A DNA stretch of 62,871 nt, the filler included. It is 6 parts of 6 records of this genome, joined end to end, with 100 filler letters (N's around TTAATTAATTAA, not from the genome) between each part and the next. Parts side by side here need not be neighbours in the genome. Positions count along the whole stretch, not along the records: positions 19,970 to 35,432 come from SRR20825010_4726; 5 more parts are not named here. One strand, written 5' to 3'. The translations under genes and the position numbers were made by a program. The stretch's first letter is position 1. Each line of letters begins with the position of its first letter. Positions 22,901 through 32,354 of this stretch are shown piece by piece. Below the pieces are notes generated by a model. It saw nothing but the letters and a program-made list of their open reading frames with translations, did not search any database and had not been told where the DNA came from.

Positions 22901-23219
22901 CACCGACGATGGTGTGATCATGGGGACCTACATCCATCAGGTTTTTGAAGAGCGAAAACCGAATACCGTTGCTGAGGTTCGGGCAGCCGTATTGGAGGCT
23001 GGAAAAAAACGGGTACGACCCGCCATGATGACCGCAGCAGTGGCCATCATCGCCTTGCTCCCCGTCCTATCTTCAACGGGAAAAGGTTCCGATATCATGG
23101 TGCCAATGGCTATCCCAACATTTGGTGGAATGACGATTCAGATCATGACCATGTTTGTTGTCCCTGTCTTACAGGCGTTCTGGCGGGAGACGGTTATTAA
23201 ACGAGAGATTGGTAGTTAG
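19971..23219 (+). CDS. cusA: CusA/CzcA family heavy-metal RND permease, 5' truncated
   Basis: Frame open from the contig edge (VQEYQIDVNP); SNRDVGA, IAIAIGVMVD, FKPLAFTKT, EFMPSLNEG, EGRERFPVRVRYPR, RVRPAMMT. Confidence 0.93.
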   Translation, partial: VQEYQIDVNPDALKAYNIPLHQVMQAVRKSNRDVGAKTIEINQAEYLVRGLGYIKSVEDIEKAMVSVQDNVPIRIKDIAIVSLGPATRRGALDKGGAEVVGGVVVARYGSNPLEVINNVKKKMEEIAPGLPKKTLADGTETQLTIVPFYDRTQLIHETIGTLETALSHEVLISIIVVLILLLNLRASIIISSLLPVGVLMTFILMRYTGVDANVVALSGIAIAIGVMVDVGIVFVENIIRHLEMPENHGAKGKNLMKAIYEATKEVASAITTALATTVVSFVPVFAMESAEGKLFKPLAFTKTYALMGSFVLGLVVLPTLAYFIFGINYDKKRVRTIWNIAFIAGGIIVAAYAQLWLPLVICLVGINNMFESKWSVRFKRLPEYINIILALFIASFYLAEEWMPLGVQLPIVVNYLFVLLLIGFILACLLAVVHFYEPILGWCLVNKGKFLLLPLFTIILGVVIWLGFDKVFGFVPDPVRESKPWKSISSTFPGIGSEFMPSLNEGSYLLMPTSMPHAGVEQNRKVVAQLDMLVSQIPEVSMVVGKMGRVESALDPAPVSMYENVINYKPEYIIDEDGHRVRFKVDENGNYLLKSQKIEDTVRRLDKNKVWFFDGKDTVNLTSSFQHLTSNLIEDPDGQYFRNWRSHIKSPDDIWGEIVQVTKIPGVTSAPKLQPIETRLVMLQTGMRAPMGIKVYGPDLKTIQDFGFQLENTLKEVNSVKAEAVFADRIVGKPYLHLNINRDEIARYGLSVEDVQQTIETAIGGMKITSTVEGRERFPVRVRYPRELRDDPESLGRILLPTPSGAQIPLSQVVDFEYVRGPQMIRSEETFLVGYVLFDKREGFAEVDVVNASQQAIRAKIESGDLIVPAGISYKFSGTYENQVRAIKRLSIVIPISLLVIFLLLYFQFKTVIASSIHFSGVFVAFAGGFIMLWLYGQGWFLNFSIAETNMRDLFQMDPVNLSVAVWVGFIALFGIATDDGVIMGTYIHQVFEERKPNTVAEVRAAVLEAGKKRVRPAMMTAAVAIIALLPVLSSTGKGSDIMVPMAIPTFGGMTIQIMTMFVVPVLQAFWRETVIKREIGS
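21753..21864. repeat. inverted pair of degenerate 7-bp tandem arrays inside cusA
   Basis: AGCCAGA AGATAGA AGATACA GTCCGGA GGTTAGA (21753-21787) and TCTAACT TCTAGCT TCCAACA CCTAACC TCTAATC (21830-21864). Confidence 0.6.
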
Positions 23220-23238
23220 TAGTTTGATATAAGAAATT

Positions 23239-24522
23239 ATGAAAAAGTATTATAAAAAGTGGAAAGCGGAAAGTGGAAAATGGAAGGTCAGGGAATCTAT
23301 TATTATTTACCTGCTAACCTCTAGCCTCTACCTTCTAAGTGCCAACGTCGAGGCGCAATCGCTGCAGGAATACCAAACATTGGCAACAGAACAAAATCCG
23401 GGTTTGCAGTCGAAGCACAAAGAATTTGAAGCAGCAATGCAGCGTGTGGCTCAGTCCAAAGGACTTCCCGATCCAACACTATCAATTAGCGCGTTTGGCC
23501 AAATGACAGAAACACGCGTTGGTCAGCAACAGGCACGATTCACATTGACGCAGATGTTTCCCTGGTTTGGGACGCTCCGGGCACAGGGAGACATGTCAAC
23601 AGCTTTGGCTGAAGCCAACTTTCAGCGGTATCTGGATGAGCGAAACAAGCTGAACTATCAGGTTGCGAAAGCCTATTATCCTTTGGTCGAATTGGAGTTA
23701 TTGCTGGCTATTCAGGAACAGAACCTCGCTGTACTGGAGTCCTGGAAGACGTTGGCAACAGCCAACTATGAGAATGGTAAAACAAGTTTGGCGGATGTGC
23801 TTCGGGTGGATTTGATGATACAGGAACAACGAACTGAAATCAACCTGATAAGTCAGCAAAAACGTCCCTTAAGTATTGTATTCAATAACCTTCTCAACCG
23901 TTCCGACACGGCATCTATTGATGTAAGTGATGGTTTAGACCCTGTTATAGCTACAGCGGCTATTGAAAATGATTGGAATGAACATCCACTCATTCAGGAG
24001 CTACAACTAAAAACAGAAGCTAAAAGGCGGCAATCGCTGGTTATTGAAAAGCAATCGCTTCCAAAAATTGGTGTAGGCCTGGACTATATAGTAGTAGCTG
24101 AACGGAACGATATGAATGTGCCCGGAAACGGAAAGGACGCATTCATGCCGATGGTATCTCTGAGTTTACCGCTCTATAGAAAGAAGTACAACGCAGCATT
24201 AAAAGAAGTCGATTTACAAATGGAAGCTTACGAATGGATGATGGAGGCCACAAAAAATGAATTGGAAACTAGTCTTGAGAATTTGAAATACGACATTCAG
24301 AAGGAAAATCAACTGCTCCAATTGTATCAAAACCAAACCACGGAAACAGAACAAATTCAGCGCTTGCTGCTCTCAGAATTTAGCAATTCCGGAAAGGATC
24401 TTGTAGAGCTGCTGCGCATTCAAATGCAGCTTCTGAATTATCAAAAACAACAGGTGAAATCCAAAACAAAACTTTCAATTACGTTGGCCAATGTGGACTA
24501 TGTCCTTGGCTCTGACAATTAA
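23239..24522 (+). CDS. TolC family outer membrane efflux protein
   Basis: A.EQNPGL...LPDP...TQMFPWFGTL, SLPLYRKKY; lies between cusA and the adaptor gene. Confidence 0.9.
   Translation: MKKYYKKWKAESGKWKVRESIIIYLLTSSLYLLSANVEAQSLQEYQTLATEQNPGLQSKHKEFEAAMQRVAQSKGLPDPTLSISAFGQMTETRVGQQQARFTLTQMFPWFGTLRAQGDMSTALAEANFQRYLDERNKLNYQVAKAYYPLVELELLLAIQEQNLAVLESWKTLATANYENGKTSLADVLRVDLMIQEQRTEINLISQQKRPLSIVFNNLLNRSDTASIDVSDGLDPVIATAAIENDWNEHPLIQELQLKTEAKRRQSLVIEKQSLPKIGVGLDYIVVAERNDMNVPGNGKDAFMPMVSLSLPLYRKKYNAALKEVDLQMEAYEWMMEATKNELETSLENLKYDIQKENQLLQLYQNQTTETEQIQRLLLSEFSNSGKDLVELLRIQMQLLNYQKQQVKSKTKLSITLANVDYVLGSDN
23259..23334. repeat. 7-bp tandem arrays in the TolC signal-peptide coding region
   Basis: GTGGAAA GCGGAAA GTGGAAA ATGGAAG (23259-23286) and TTACCTG CTAACCT CTAGCCT CTACCTT (23307-23334). 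Confidence 0.55.
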
Positions 24523-24534
24523 ATAAAACTGGCA

Positions 24535-26313
24535 ATGAAAAATATATTGAATAACAAATTTATCCTTATTACCATGACACTGGTCATTGGTCTGGGACTG
24601 GGCTGGTTAATCAAACCATCCTCATATCAGATGATCGAATCCTCAACGTCATCCCATGATCATGCGAGTGAAAACGAAATTTACACGTGTAGCATGCATC
24701 CTCAAATACGACAAAACGAGCCGGGCTCCTGCCCCATTTGTGGTATGGATCTGATCCCATTGGATTCAGACACGGACATGTCTGACCCAATGACCATTCG
24801 TATGTCGCCAACAGCTATGAAGTTGGCCACTGTGGAAACCATGATGGTGAGTACTTCCGGCGCAATAAAAACCATTCGTCTTAATGGAAAAGTAATGGAA
24901 AACGAGCGTCGGGTATTCACCCAATCTTCTCACATTCCTGGTCGGGTTGAAAGCCTCAACGTTGATTTTACAGGTGAATACGTAACGAAAGGACAGGTGA
25001 TTGCTACCATTTATTCGCCGGAACTTGTCACCGCACAGCAGGAGCTTTTCGAGGCACAGAAAATTATTTCCAGCCAACCAGCGCTTTTTGAAGCTGCAAA
25101 AGGGAAGCTGGCTAATTGGAAACTGTCAAGTGCTCAAATTGATGCTATTCTGGCCAATGGAAAACCTTTGGAGAACCTGGCCATTCGTGCCGAGAAGTCC
25201 GGATATGTTAAAGAAAAAATGGTGAACCTTGGGGATTACATAAAACAAGGTGCCCCACTCTATATGGTTGCCGACTTATCTGAAATTTGGGTGATGTTCG
25301 AAGGATACGAGTCGGACATGCAATGGATTCGAAGGGAGTCTGTCATCGATTTCACCGTTTCCTCCCTTCCTGGACAAACATTTTCAGGAAAAATCGCTTA
25401 CATCGATCCGGTAATCAGCCCGAAAACCCGTGTTTCTAAACTCCGTCTCGAGATCAAAAACCCTGATATGGTACTTAAACCCGAAATGTTCGTTTCTGGC
25501 GTTCTGAAATCGCCGGGCACGACGAAGAATCCTACCATAGTAGTACCCAAATCCGCAGTTATGTGGACGGGAAAAAGATCAGTCGTCTATGTGAAAACAA
25601 ATGACACAAATGGCCCAGCTTTTCAAATGCGGATGGTGACTTTGGGTTCGCAGCTCGGTGAAAGCTATGTGATCAAAGAGGGGTTGAAAGCAGGTGAAGA
25701 AATTGTGGTGAATGGAACGTTCAGCATCGACGCAGCAGCCCAATTAGCAGGCAAACCAAGTATGATGTCGCCGGAAGGCGGAGCAGCTATGACCGGACAC
25801 AATCACGGTGGCATGACGGCTCCAACAACAGCAGTGGCTCAAAACCCAAAACCATCCATGCAATTAAGCGCTTCGGCCAAGAGCGCTTTACAGCCTCTTT
25901 TCACTAAATATTTAGAATACAAAGAAGCCCTGGTTAACGATGATATGAGTGTCGCAAAAACACAAGGTGCTGAATTGAACCGATTTATCGGATCCGTTGA
26001 TATGTCGCTCTTTAAAGGAGATCCCCACAATAAATGGATGGATTATCACTCCAAATTAAAACAATCGTTGGAGCACCTAGCTCATTTTGAGAACCTGACC
26101 GAATTAAGAGCGGCATTTAAGCAGACATCCGATGTGATGATCGCTATCGGGCATGACTTCATGCCGAACGATCAACCGCTTTATGTGCAGTTCTGTCCTA
26201 TGGCAGATGGCAACAAAGGGGCCAATTGGCTAAGCGATAGTAAGGAGATAGAGAACCCCTACTTTGGAGCGACTATGCTCACCTGTGGAGAAGTAACCGA
26301 AACTATAAAATGA
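24535..26313 (+). CDS. cusB: CusB-like RND adaptor with N-terminal heavy-metal-binding domain and C-terminal DUF3347-like domain
   Basis: YTCSMHPQI...[28 protein letters not shown], and C-terminal FCPMA...GANWLS....I.NPYFG..MLTCG. Confidence 0.9.
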   Translation: MKNILNNKFILITMTLVIGLGLGWLIKPSSYQMIESSTSSHDHASENEIYTCSMHPQIRQNEPGSCPICGMDLIPLDSDTDMSDPMTIRMSPTAMKLATVETMMVSTSGAIKTIRLNGKVMENERRVFTQSSHIPGRVESLNVDFTGEYVTKGQVIATIYSPELVTAQQELFEAQKIISSQPALFEAAKGKLANWKLSSAQIDAILANGKPLENLAIRAEKSGYVKEKMVNLGDYIKQGAPLYMVADLSEIWVMFEGYESDMQWIRRESVIDFTVSSLPGQTFSGKIAYIDPVISPKTRVSKLRLEIKNPDMVLKPEMFVSGVLKSPGTTKNPTIVVPKSAVMWTGKRSVVYVKTNDTNGPAFQMRMVTLGSQLGESYVIKEGLKAGEEIVVNGTFSIDAAAQLAGKPSMMSPEGGAAMTGHNHGGMTAPTTAVAQNPKPSMQLSASAKSALQPLFTKYLEYKEALVNDDMSVAKTQGAELNRFIGSVDMSLFKGDPHNKWMDYHSKLKQSLEHLAHFENLTELRAAFKQTSDVMIAIGHDFMPNDQPLYVQFCPMADGNKGANWLSDSKEIENPYFGATMLTCGEVTETIK

Positions 26314-26456
26314 AAGCATGTTGTAAAACTGGGGACGAAAAACCTCGATTTCCACAAATAAAATGTGCTGCTAAAATCTTCTGGGGGTTGATAATCCTTC
26401 TGATTATTGGAATCGCCACCATTCAAATTTTTAATCTTAAACATCAAACAAAATGA
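26310..26456 (+). CDS. 48-aa single-TM peptide with Cys-Cys motif (not in ORF track)
   Basis: Reads MKACCKTGDEKPRFPQIKCAAKIFWGLIILLIIGIATIQIFNLKHQTK, with ATGA overlaps to both neighbouring genes. Confidence 0.7.
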   Translation: MKACCKTGDEKPRFPQIKCAAKIFWGLIILLIIGIATIQIFNLKHQTK

Positions 26457-27070
26457 AAAAATCAAATTCAATTCACAAACAATTCATCGTTATTGGCATC
26501 AGTTCCATGCTATTTTCGTGTGGTTCCGGAAAAACGGCTAATCAAGAAGAAAAAGCCCATGAACATGATCACAGTGAGATGGATCATTCGGCAGATCATA
26601 AAATGACCGAAGGTTCGGAAATGAGTATGAGTGAGACGAAAACCATCGCTCATCTAATTGACAACTACCTTTTGATCAAAGATGCATTGGTCAATGATGA
26701 TTCCAAAGCAGCAGCTATAGCAGGGCAAAAACTGGCAAATGCATCTCTTCGGCTTGACATTAGCTCAGTTGATAATTCGAAACAGTCTGAAGTCAAAGAA
26801 ATACTTGAAGTCCTTGTGGCAAATGGAGTGCATATAGCCGAAAAGGAAATTGATCTCCAAAGGGAGCATTTTGAAAGTATCGGAAAGGATTTTATGGATT
26901 TGCTAGAAATAGCTGGAACCGACAGAACGCTTTACCAGCAGTACTGTCCCATGTATGCCAAAGGTAAAGGTGGCAGTTGGTTAAGTGCTTCTAGTGAAAT
27001 CAGAAATCCACTATTTGGTAGCAAAATGCTCACCTGTGGTTCTGTGAAGGAAACCATTTCCATGAATTGA
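26453..27070 (+). CDS. DUF3347 lipoprotein with His/Met-rich linker
   Basis: Lipobox LFSC, HEHDHSEMDH, YL.IKDALV.DD, YCPM....KGGSWLS....IRNP.FG.KMLTCG. Confidence 0.85.
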   Translation: MKKSNSIHKQFIVIGISSMLFSCGSGKTANQEEKAHEHDHSEMDHSADHKMTEGSEMSMSETKTIAHLIDNYLLIKDALVNDDSKAAAIAGQKLANASLRLDISSVDNSKQSEVKEILEVLVANGVHIAEKEIDLQREHFESIGKDFMDLLEIAGTDRTLYQQYCPMYAKGKGGSWLSASSEIRNPLFGSKMLTCGSVKETISMN

Positions 27071-27130
27071 AAAGTTGGATTAAAACTTTGCTTGAGGTGG
27101 ATTTTCAATTGGTTTTAACATTTCGAATGG

Positions 27131-27161
27131 AATCATATAACACAATCTCAAAATTGTGTAA
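27131..27161 (+). promoter_or_regulatory. candidate AraC-type operator (21-bp-spaced direct repeat) upstream of first Cu ATPase
   Basis: AATCATATAA (27131) and AATTGTGTAA (27152); the same motif occurs at 32277 and 32914. Confidence 0.6.
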
Positions 27162-27209
27162 CTGGAACAATTACCAAGTTTGGAACTTAGCAGAATGAAT
27201 ACTATCAGT

Positions 27210-29699
27210 ATGCAACACACGTATCAAATCACTGGAATGACCTGCAATGGCTGCAGGGATCATGTAAAAGAAACACTTTCCAAAGTGGATGGAGTTTCTG
27301 ATGTTTCTGTGGATCTAAGCAAGAAAGAAGCTATCGTCCATATGGAAAGCCATGTGCCGATCGAAGAGCTAAAGGAAGCACTGAAGAATGATGGTGGACG
27401 ATACGACATCCATCTTCCCGGTGAACATGTTCATCACCATCCCCTGCCTGAAATCAAAAAAAAGGACAAATCTGATCCTGGCAAGTACTATTGTCCGATG
27501 CTCTGCGAAGGAGATAAGAAATACGACAAGCCCGGAGACTGTCCGAAATGTGGGATGCACTTAGAAAAGGAAGCCTCTAGCACGAAGACCAGGCAATACA
27601 CCTGCCCGATGCACCCCGAAATTTTGCAGGATGTGCCAGGAAGCTGTCCGATTTGCGGGATGGACCTGGAACCTAAAAACGCCTCATCCCAAGAGGATGA
27701 CCAAGAAAAAAAGGCCTATCAGAACATGCTTAAGAAGTTCTGGATCGCTGTTGGTTTCACTTTGCCCGTATTCTTTATCGCCATGAGTGAAATGGTAGGT
27801 GTCTCGCTGAAAGGCATTGCGAGCGATATCACCTGGGGATGGATACAGTTTGCCCTCTCCGCTCCTGTCATTTTCTATGCATGTAGAGAATTTTTCGTTC
27901 GAGGTTTTAAATCAGTTATCAATCGCTCGCCCAATATGTGGACGCTGATCACGCTGGGAGCTGGATCGGCCTATGTTTTTAGCATCATTGCATTGATTTT
28001 TCCAGAATTATTCCCTGATCAATTCAAATCGGAAAGTGGTGCGGTGCATCTCTATTTTGAAGCTGCCACTGTGATTCTAACTTTAATTTTATTAGGTCAA
28101 GTGATGGAGTCTAAAGCCAGAAATCAAACCAATTCAGCCATTCGCGAACTGCTCAATCTGGTTCCGCCCGAAGCGACTGTCATTCGAGGTGGACAGGAAA
28201 TCACCATTTCCTTAGAGGAAGTAAAATTGAACGATATCATCAAAATCAAACCAGGGGAAAAGATTCCTGTGGACGGGGAAATCATGGACGGAAAAAGCAC
28301 CATCGATGAATCGATGATTACCGGCGAACCGGTTCCGGTAGAGAAATCCTCAGGAGACCCTGTAATTGGAGGAACCATCAACGGAACCAGTACTTTTCAA
28401 ATGAAAGCCTTGAAAGTTGGCAATGACACCCTGCTTTCTCAGATCATTGACATGGTCAATAAGGCCAGTCGTACCAAAGCGCCCATTCAGAATTTAGCGG
28501 ATAAAGTATCCAGCTACTTCGTGCCGACAGTGGTCACTATCTCCCTCATTTCCTTTGCAGTTTGGGCCATTTGGGGCCCAGACCCAAAATTGGTCTATGC
28601 ATTTGCGAGTGCGGTTACGGTGTTGATCATTGCTTGCCCGTGTGCACTGGGCTTGGCCACTCCCATGTCCATCATGGTCGGTACAGGAAAGGGCGCCAAA
28701 CAAGGCGTGCTGGTAAAAGATGCCAGAGCCATCGAAGAGATGCACAAAGTCACGACGTTGGTCATTGACAAAACAGGTACAATCACCCAAGGAAAACCTT
28801 CTCTTCAGCATGTCGCGTCATTGAATGAAAAGCATTCCGAAGAAGAAGTGCTAAAAATAGCAGCCTCATTGGAGCAAAGTAGCGAGCATCCCCTGGCACA
28901 TGCAATCGTAACGGGTGCCGAAGCAAAAGGACTCTCATTCGAGAAGGTGGATGACTTTAACTCTCTCACAGGCAAAGGCATACGAGGAAAAGTGAAAGGA
29001 ACTGAAGTAGCCATCGGAAACAAGAAATTGTTGGAAGAATTCAATCTCTCCTTAGAAGACAAGCATCATCAGGAGGTTGAAAAACGTCAACTGGATGGCG
29101 AAACGGTCATGTTTGTGGTGATCGATCAGGCAGTGGCTGGGTTCATTAGCGTTGCTGATCCGATTAAGGAAGCATCCGCAGCAGCCATCAAAGAGCTTCA
29201 GGATCAAGGGTTGGAAGTGATCATGCTAACGGGTGACAATAAGAATACGGCTAAAGCAGTCGCTGACAAATTGGGATTAGATGGATACGAAGCAGACATG
29301 CTTCCTGAAAACAAATACGAAAAAGTAAAAGCGCTTCAAGCTGAAGGTAAAATCGTAGCGATGGCGGGTGATGGCATCAACGATGCTCCTGCCCTGGCAC
29401 AAGCGAATGTCGGTATTGCAATGGGAACGGGTACAGATGTAGCGATAGAGAGCGCCAGTCTTACTTTGGTAAAAGGGGAATTGGATGGAATAGTGAGAGC
29501 CCGGAAACTGAGCACCGATGTGATGCGAAACATCAAACAGAATTTGTTCTTTGCCTTTGTCTATAATATGGTTGGAGTGCCAGTAGCAGCCGGTTTATTG
29601 TTTCCGCTTTTCGGAATTCTATTAAGTCCGATGCTAGCCGCTCTGGCCATGAGTTTGAGTTCGGTTTCAGTAATTGGAAACAGTTTAAGGCTGAGATAA
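27210..29699 (+). CDS. copA: P1B-1 copper-exporting P-type ATPase
   Basis: GMTCNGC HMA, His patch, two CPM..CP.CGM domains, [20 protein letters not shown] and MSLSS. ATG at 27210. Confidence 0.95.
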   Translation: MQHTYQITGMTCNGCRDHVKETLSKVDGVSDVSVDLSKKEAIVHMESHVPIEELKEALKNDGGRYDIHLPGEHVHHHPLPEIKKKDKSDPGKYYCPMLCEGDKKYDKPGDCPKCGMHLEKEASSTKTRQYTCPMHPEILQDVPGSCPICGMDLEPKNASSQEDDQEKKAYQNMLKKFWIAVGFTLPVFFIAMSEMVGVSLKGIASDITWGWIQFALSAPVIFYACREFFVRGFKSVINRSPNMWTLITLGAGSAYVFSIIALIFPELFPDQFKSESGAVHLYFEAATVILTLILLGQVMESKARNQTNSAIRELLNLVPPEATVIRGGQEITISLEEVKLNDIIKIKPGEKIPVDGEIMDGKSTIDESMITGEPVPVEKSSGDPVIGGTINGTSTFQMKALKVGNDTLLSQIIDMVNKASRTKAPIQNLADKVSSYFVPTVVTISLISFAVWAIWGPDPKLVYAFASAVTVLIIACPCALGLATPMSIMVGTGKGAKQGVLVKDARAIEEMHKVTTLVIDKTGTITQGKPSLQHVASLNEKHSEEEVLKIAASLEQSSEHPLAHAIVTGAEAKGLSFEKVDDFNSLTGKGIRGKVKGTEVAIGNKKLLEEFNLSLEDKHHQEVEKRQLDGETVMFVVIDQAVAGFISVADPIKEASAAAIKELQDQGLEVIMLTGDNKNTAKAVADKLGLDGYEADMLPENKYEKVKALQAEGKIVAMAGDGINDAPALAQANVGIAMGTGTDVAIESASLTLVKGELDGIVRARKLSTDVMRNIKQNLFFAFVYNMVGVPVAAGLLFPLFGILLSPMLAALAMSLSSVSVIGNSLRLR

Positions 29700-29770
29700 A
29701 ATAGCCTAGTGGGTTGGGAGAAACGTATTCTGCCGACCCTTACATCCTATTCTTCTAACGATTCTAAAAT

Positions 29771-31408
29771 TTACTCTTTTATGAATCGGTGCACGCTGGT
29801 ATTTTCTGCGTTGGTGGTTATCAGGAGATAAACCCCGGCCTTTAATGAAGAGACATCCAATGCGCTTTGATTTCCATTCATTGCTGTTTTTAATATGGAT
29901 CGCCCTTGCTCATCAATTATCTCCAACTGTGATTCCTTATCAAAGCTATCCTTACCAAGATCAATAGTTAACCATTCAGACGTTGGAGAAGGAAACAAAG
30001 AAATAGAAGCTTTCGATTGTTGCGACTGAGTTCCCGTTATCACTTTCCCGTTGATCACATGAAAAGTCTGAGTGGTCACCGCTCCACACGAATTGGTAAA
30101 CACCGCTGTTACAGTCCTTAATTCATCCGTATTAATCAATTGCTCCGTTTCAGAATTGTCGGGGTTATTGCTGACGCCATCGCCACTCCACTCCCAAGAG
30201 CCTTCATCTTCCGATTCCACCCGAAGTTTTAAATTAGATGCTTCTCCTTTACCAATCTTATTCAATGCACGCCAATCTCCATTACCCGCCTGGATGGAGG
30301 CAGTAATCGTGCTTGGAGCACAATCATCGTCCCAATTGTACAGCGCCATGATATCTGGCAATTCGTCTAATGTTAGCACCAAATGACTTTCATAGACTTC
30401 TTTCAAATAATCATCTTCAATATCCTGCAACCAACTGGTGTGCCAAGTCATCCACCAGGACCACATGGCACCATCCACGATACATTCTTCCGGATTGGGT
30501 GGATTGCCATTTTCATGAAAAGCGATGGGGTAATTGTTTCCGTGGATAGATTCTATTACATCCTCATACATTGTCAAATGTGAATCGGTGGTATTATCAT
30601 AGGTGTCTGCACCAGCAATGTCCACATATTCATTCCCCGGGAACCACTCAGCCTCCGAGTCTGCAGTGTAACACAACACCCATATCAAGTTGTTTAGCTT
30701 CCGTTCATACACCAAATAATCATACATGGTAATCCATAGGTTTTTGAATTGCTCCGGGCCGCCTTTGCTCCACCAAAACCAGGTTCCATTCAGTTCGTGA
30801 AAGGGTCTCCAAAGAACAGGCACATTTGCTTCTTTCAATTCCTCCAACCAATCCGCAATACGGACCAAATCTTCCCAGAAGTCAATATTTTGAGGAGTCC
30901 CCTCAATGTAACATTGGTTGATGTCAATTTTGGCTTTACTGTTCTCATAGCCCTCACCTACTCCAGGGGCTCCCCAGTGCCACATCATGGTCACGATACC
31001 ACCGTCATTCCAGTATGCTATTGCTCGTTGGTTTTCAGTAGCATTGGCCGGTTCATTGATATAATCAAAACCTGCAATGGCCGGCTTTTTCCCAGTTCGG
31101 GCTTCAACATAGTTAATCTCGTTTATACCCCAAGGCACCCACATCTGTCCCGATAAAGTTTGTTTCCCAAACTGGTCTTGCAGAAACCGATAGAGAGCTA
31201 CCGCTTCTCTGGAGGGGTTCGGCGTGCTTAATGTGTTGGTAGGTGTGAAACTGATCGCCCTATGATCCGTTGCACTTCGATTAGAAGACTGCCGGTCTTC
31301 TATCTGATTACGTTCCACCTCCACATCCGATATCGAATAGTTCACAGGGTTTTGAGCTTGAGCCAAAGAAAAAAACAGGAAGAATACTATGACCAGTTGG
31401 TATTTCAT
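29771..31408 (-). CDS. glycoside hydrolase family 26 (beta-mannanase-like) with T9SS C-terminal sorting domain
   Basis: Signal peptide, MWHW, PVLWRPFHELNGTWFWW, NNLIWV, PG.EYVDI.G.DTY, and tail LFPSPT..W...LDVSSLKAGVYLL...FIKE. Confidence 0.88.
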   Translation of the reverse strand: MKYQLVIVFFLFFSLAQAQNPVNYSISDVEVERNQIEDRQSSNRSATDHRAISFTPTNTLSTPNPSREAVALYRFLQDQFGKQTLSGQMWVPWGINEINYVEARTGKKPAIAGFDYINEPANATENQRAIAYWNDGGIVTMMWHWGAPGVGEGYENSKAKIDINQCYIEGTPQNIDFWEDLVRIADWLEELKEANVPVLWRPFHELNGTWFWWSKGGPEQFKNLWITMYDYLVYERKLNNLIWVLCYTADSEAEWFPGNEYVDIAGADTYDNTTDSHLTMYEDVIESIHGNNYPIAFHENGNPPNPEECIVDGAMWSWWMTWHTSWLQDIEDDYLKEVYESHLVLTLDELPDIMALYNWDDDCAPSTITASIQAGNGDWRALNKIGKGEASNLKLRVESEDEGSWEWSGDGVSNNPDNSETEQLINTDELRTVTAVFTNSCGAVTTQTFHVINGKVITGTQSQQSKASISLFPSPTSEWLTIDLGKDSFDKESQLEIIDEQGRSILKTAMNGNQSALDVSSLKAGVYLLITTNAENTSVHRFIKE

Positions 31409-31699
31409 TGTTGAATAATCTTTTGTTCTTTTCTTGAAATTAGGTCAGCCAACACCGAAACGCCATTCAGATTGATTTTAAGTTTCCATAATTAACAAAT
31501 GAAGTACTAATAATAGCAAAACGATCCATCTAAGGTTCGAATGGGGAAAGGTTTTCAAACGCAATAGCATTAAGTACACAATGGCAGGTTGATAGCAAAC
31601 AGGTTCAACACTATCTCATTTTTACATTTTAATGGCGGCAAACATTGAACCAATGCGCTAGGTCTTTTGTATCTTTAGTCCCGTTAAAACTTCGCTAAT

Positions 31700-32278
31700 A
31701 TGAAGAGTTCCGTCTATATCAAAAACATGGTTTGTGATCGCTGCGTCATGGTTGTTGAACAGATCTTCAATCAAACAGCCATTGCTACGGGGGGTATCAC
31801 CCTTGGAGAAGTGAAACTATCAGGCGAACAGCCAAGCCCTGCACAACTGGAGCAACTTGATAAACAACTTATACTTAACGGCTTTGAACGAATCGATGAC
31901 AAAAAGAGCAAGCTTCTTGAGCGTGTAAAAACGTTGATTATAGACACCATTCATCACCACGATTCTTTCGAGATGACCATCAACTGGTCACATTACATTT
32001 CCGGTAAAATGGATTATGATTATTCTCATCTAAGCAGTCTTTTTTCTGAGGTTACTGGTATCACTTTGGAGCAATACATCATCAAACAGAAAATAGAGAA
32101 AGTGAAAGAGTATTTGTTTTACGACGAATTATCCGTGAAAGAAATCGCCTATAAACTTGGCTACAGCAGCGTGGCGCACCTTTCCTCCCAGTTCAAAAAA
32201 GTAACAGGACTCACTCCTACGGCCTTCAAATCGGCCAGAGAAACCAACACCCGAATAGCGCTCGACAACATCCGGTAA
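31700..32278 (+). CDS. AraC family regulator with N-terminal HMA-like CxxC domain
   Basis: IKNMVCDRC; C-terminal EIAYKLGYSSVAHLSSQFKKVTGLTP. Confidence 0.92.
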   Translation: MKSSVYIKNMVCDRCVMVVEQIFNQTAIATGGITLGEVKLSGEQPSPAQLEQLDKQLILNGFERIDDKKSKLLERVKTLIIDTIHHHDSFEMTINWSHYISGKMDYDYSHLSSLFSEVTGITLEQYIIKQKIEKVKEYLFYDELSVKEIAYKLGYSSVAHLSSQFKKVTGLTPTAFKSARETNTRIALDNIR

Positions 32279-32337
32279 TCTTATAAGCCCGAACGGTTAT
32301 TATGTAATAACTCCAAGAGCAATTGTTCTCAATTTTG
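32277..32337 (+). promoter_or_regulatory. candidate operator plus -7-like promoter element upstream of second AraC
   Basis: AATCTTATAA (32277), TATTATGTAA (32298), CAATTTTG (32330). Confidence 0.6.
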
Positions 32338-32354
32338 TATCAAACACGTATAAA

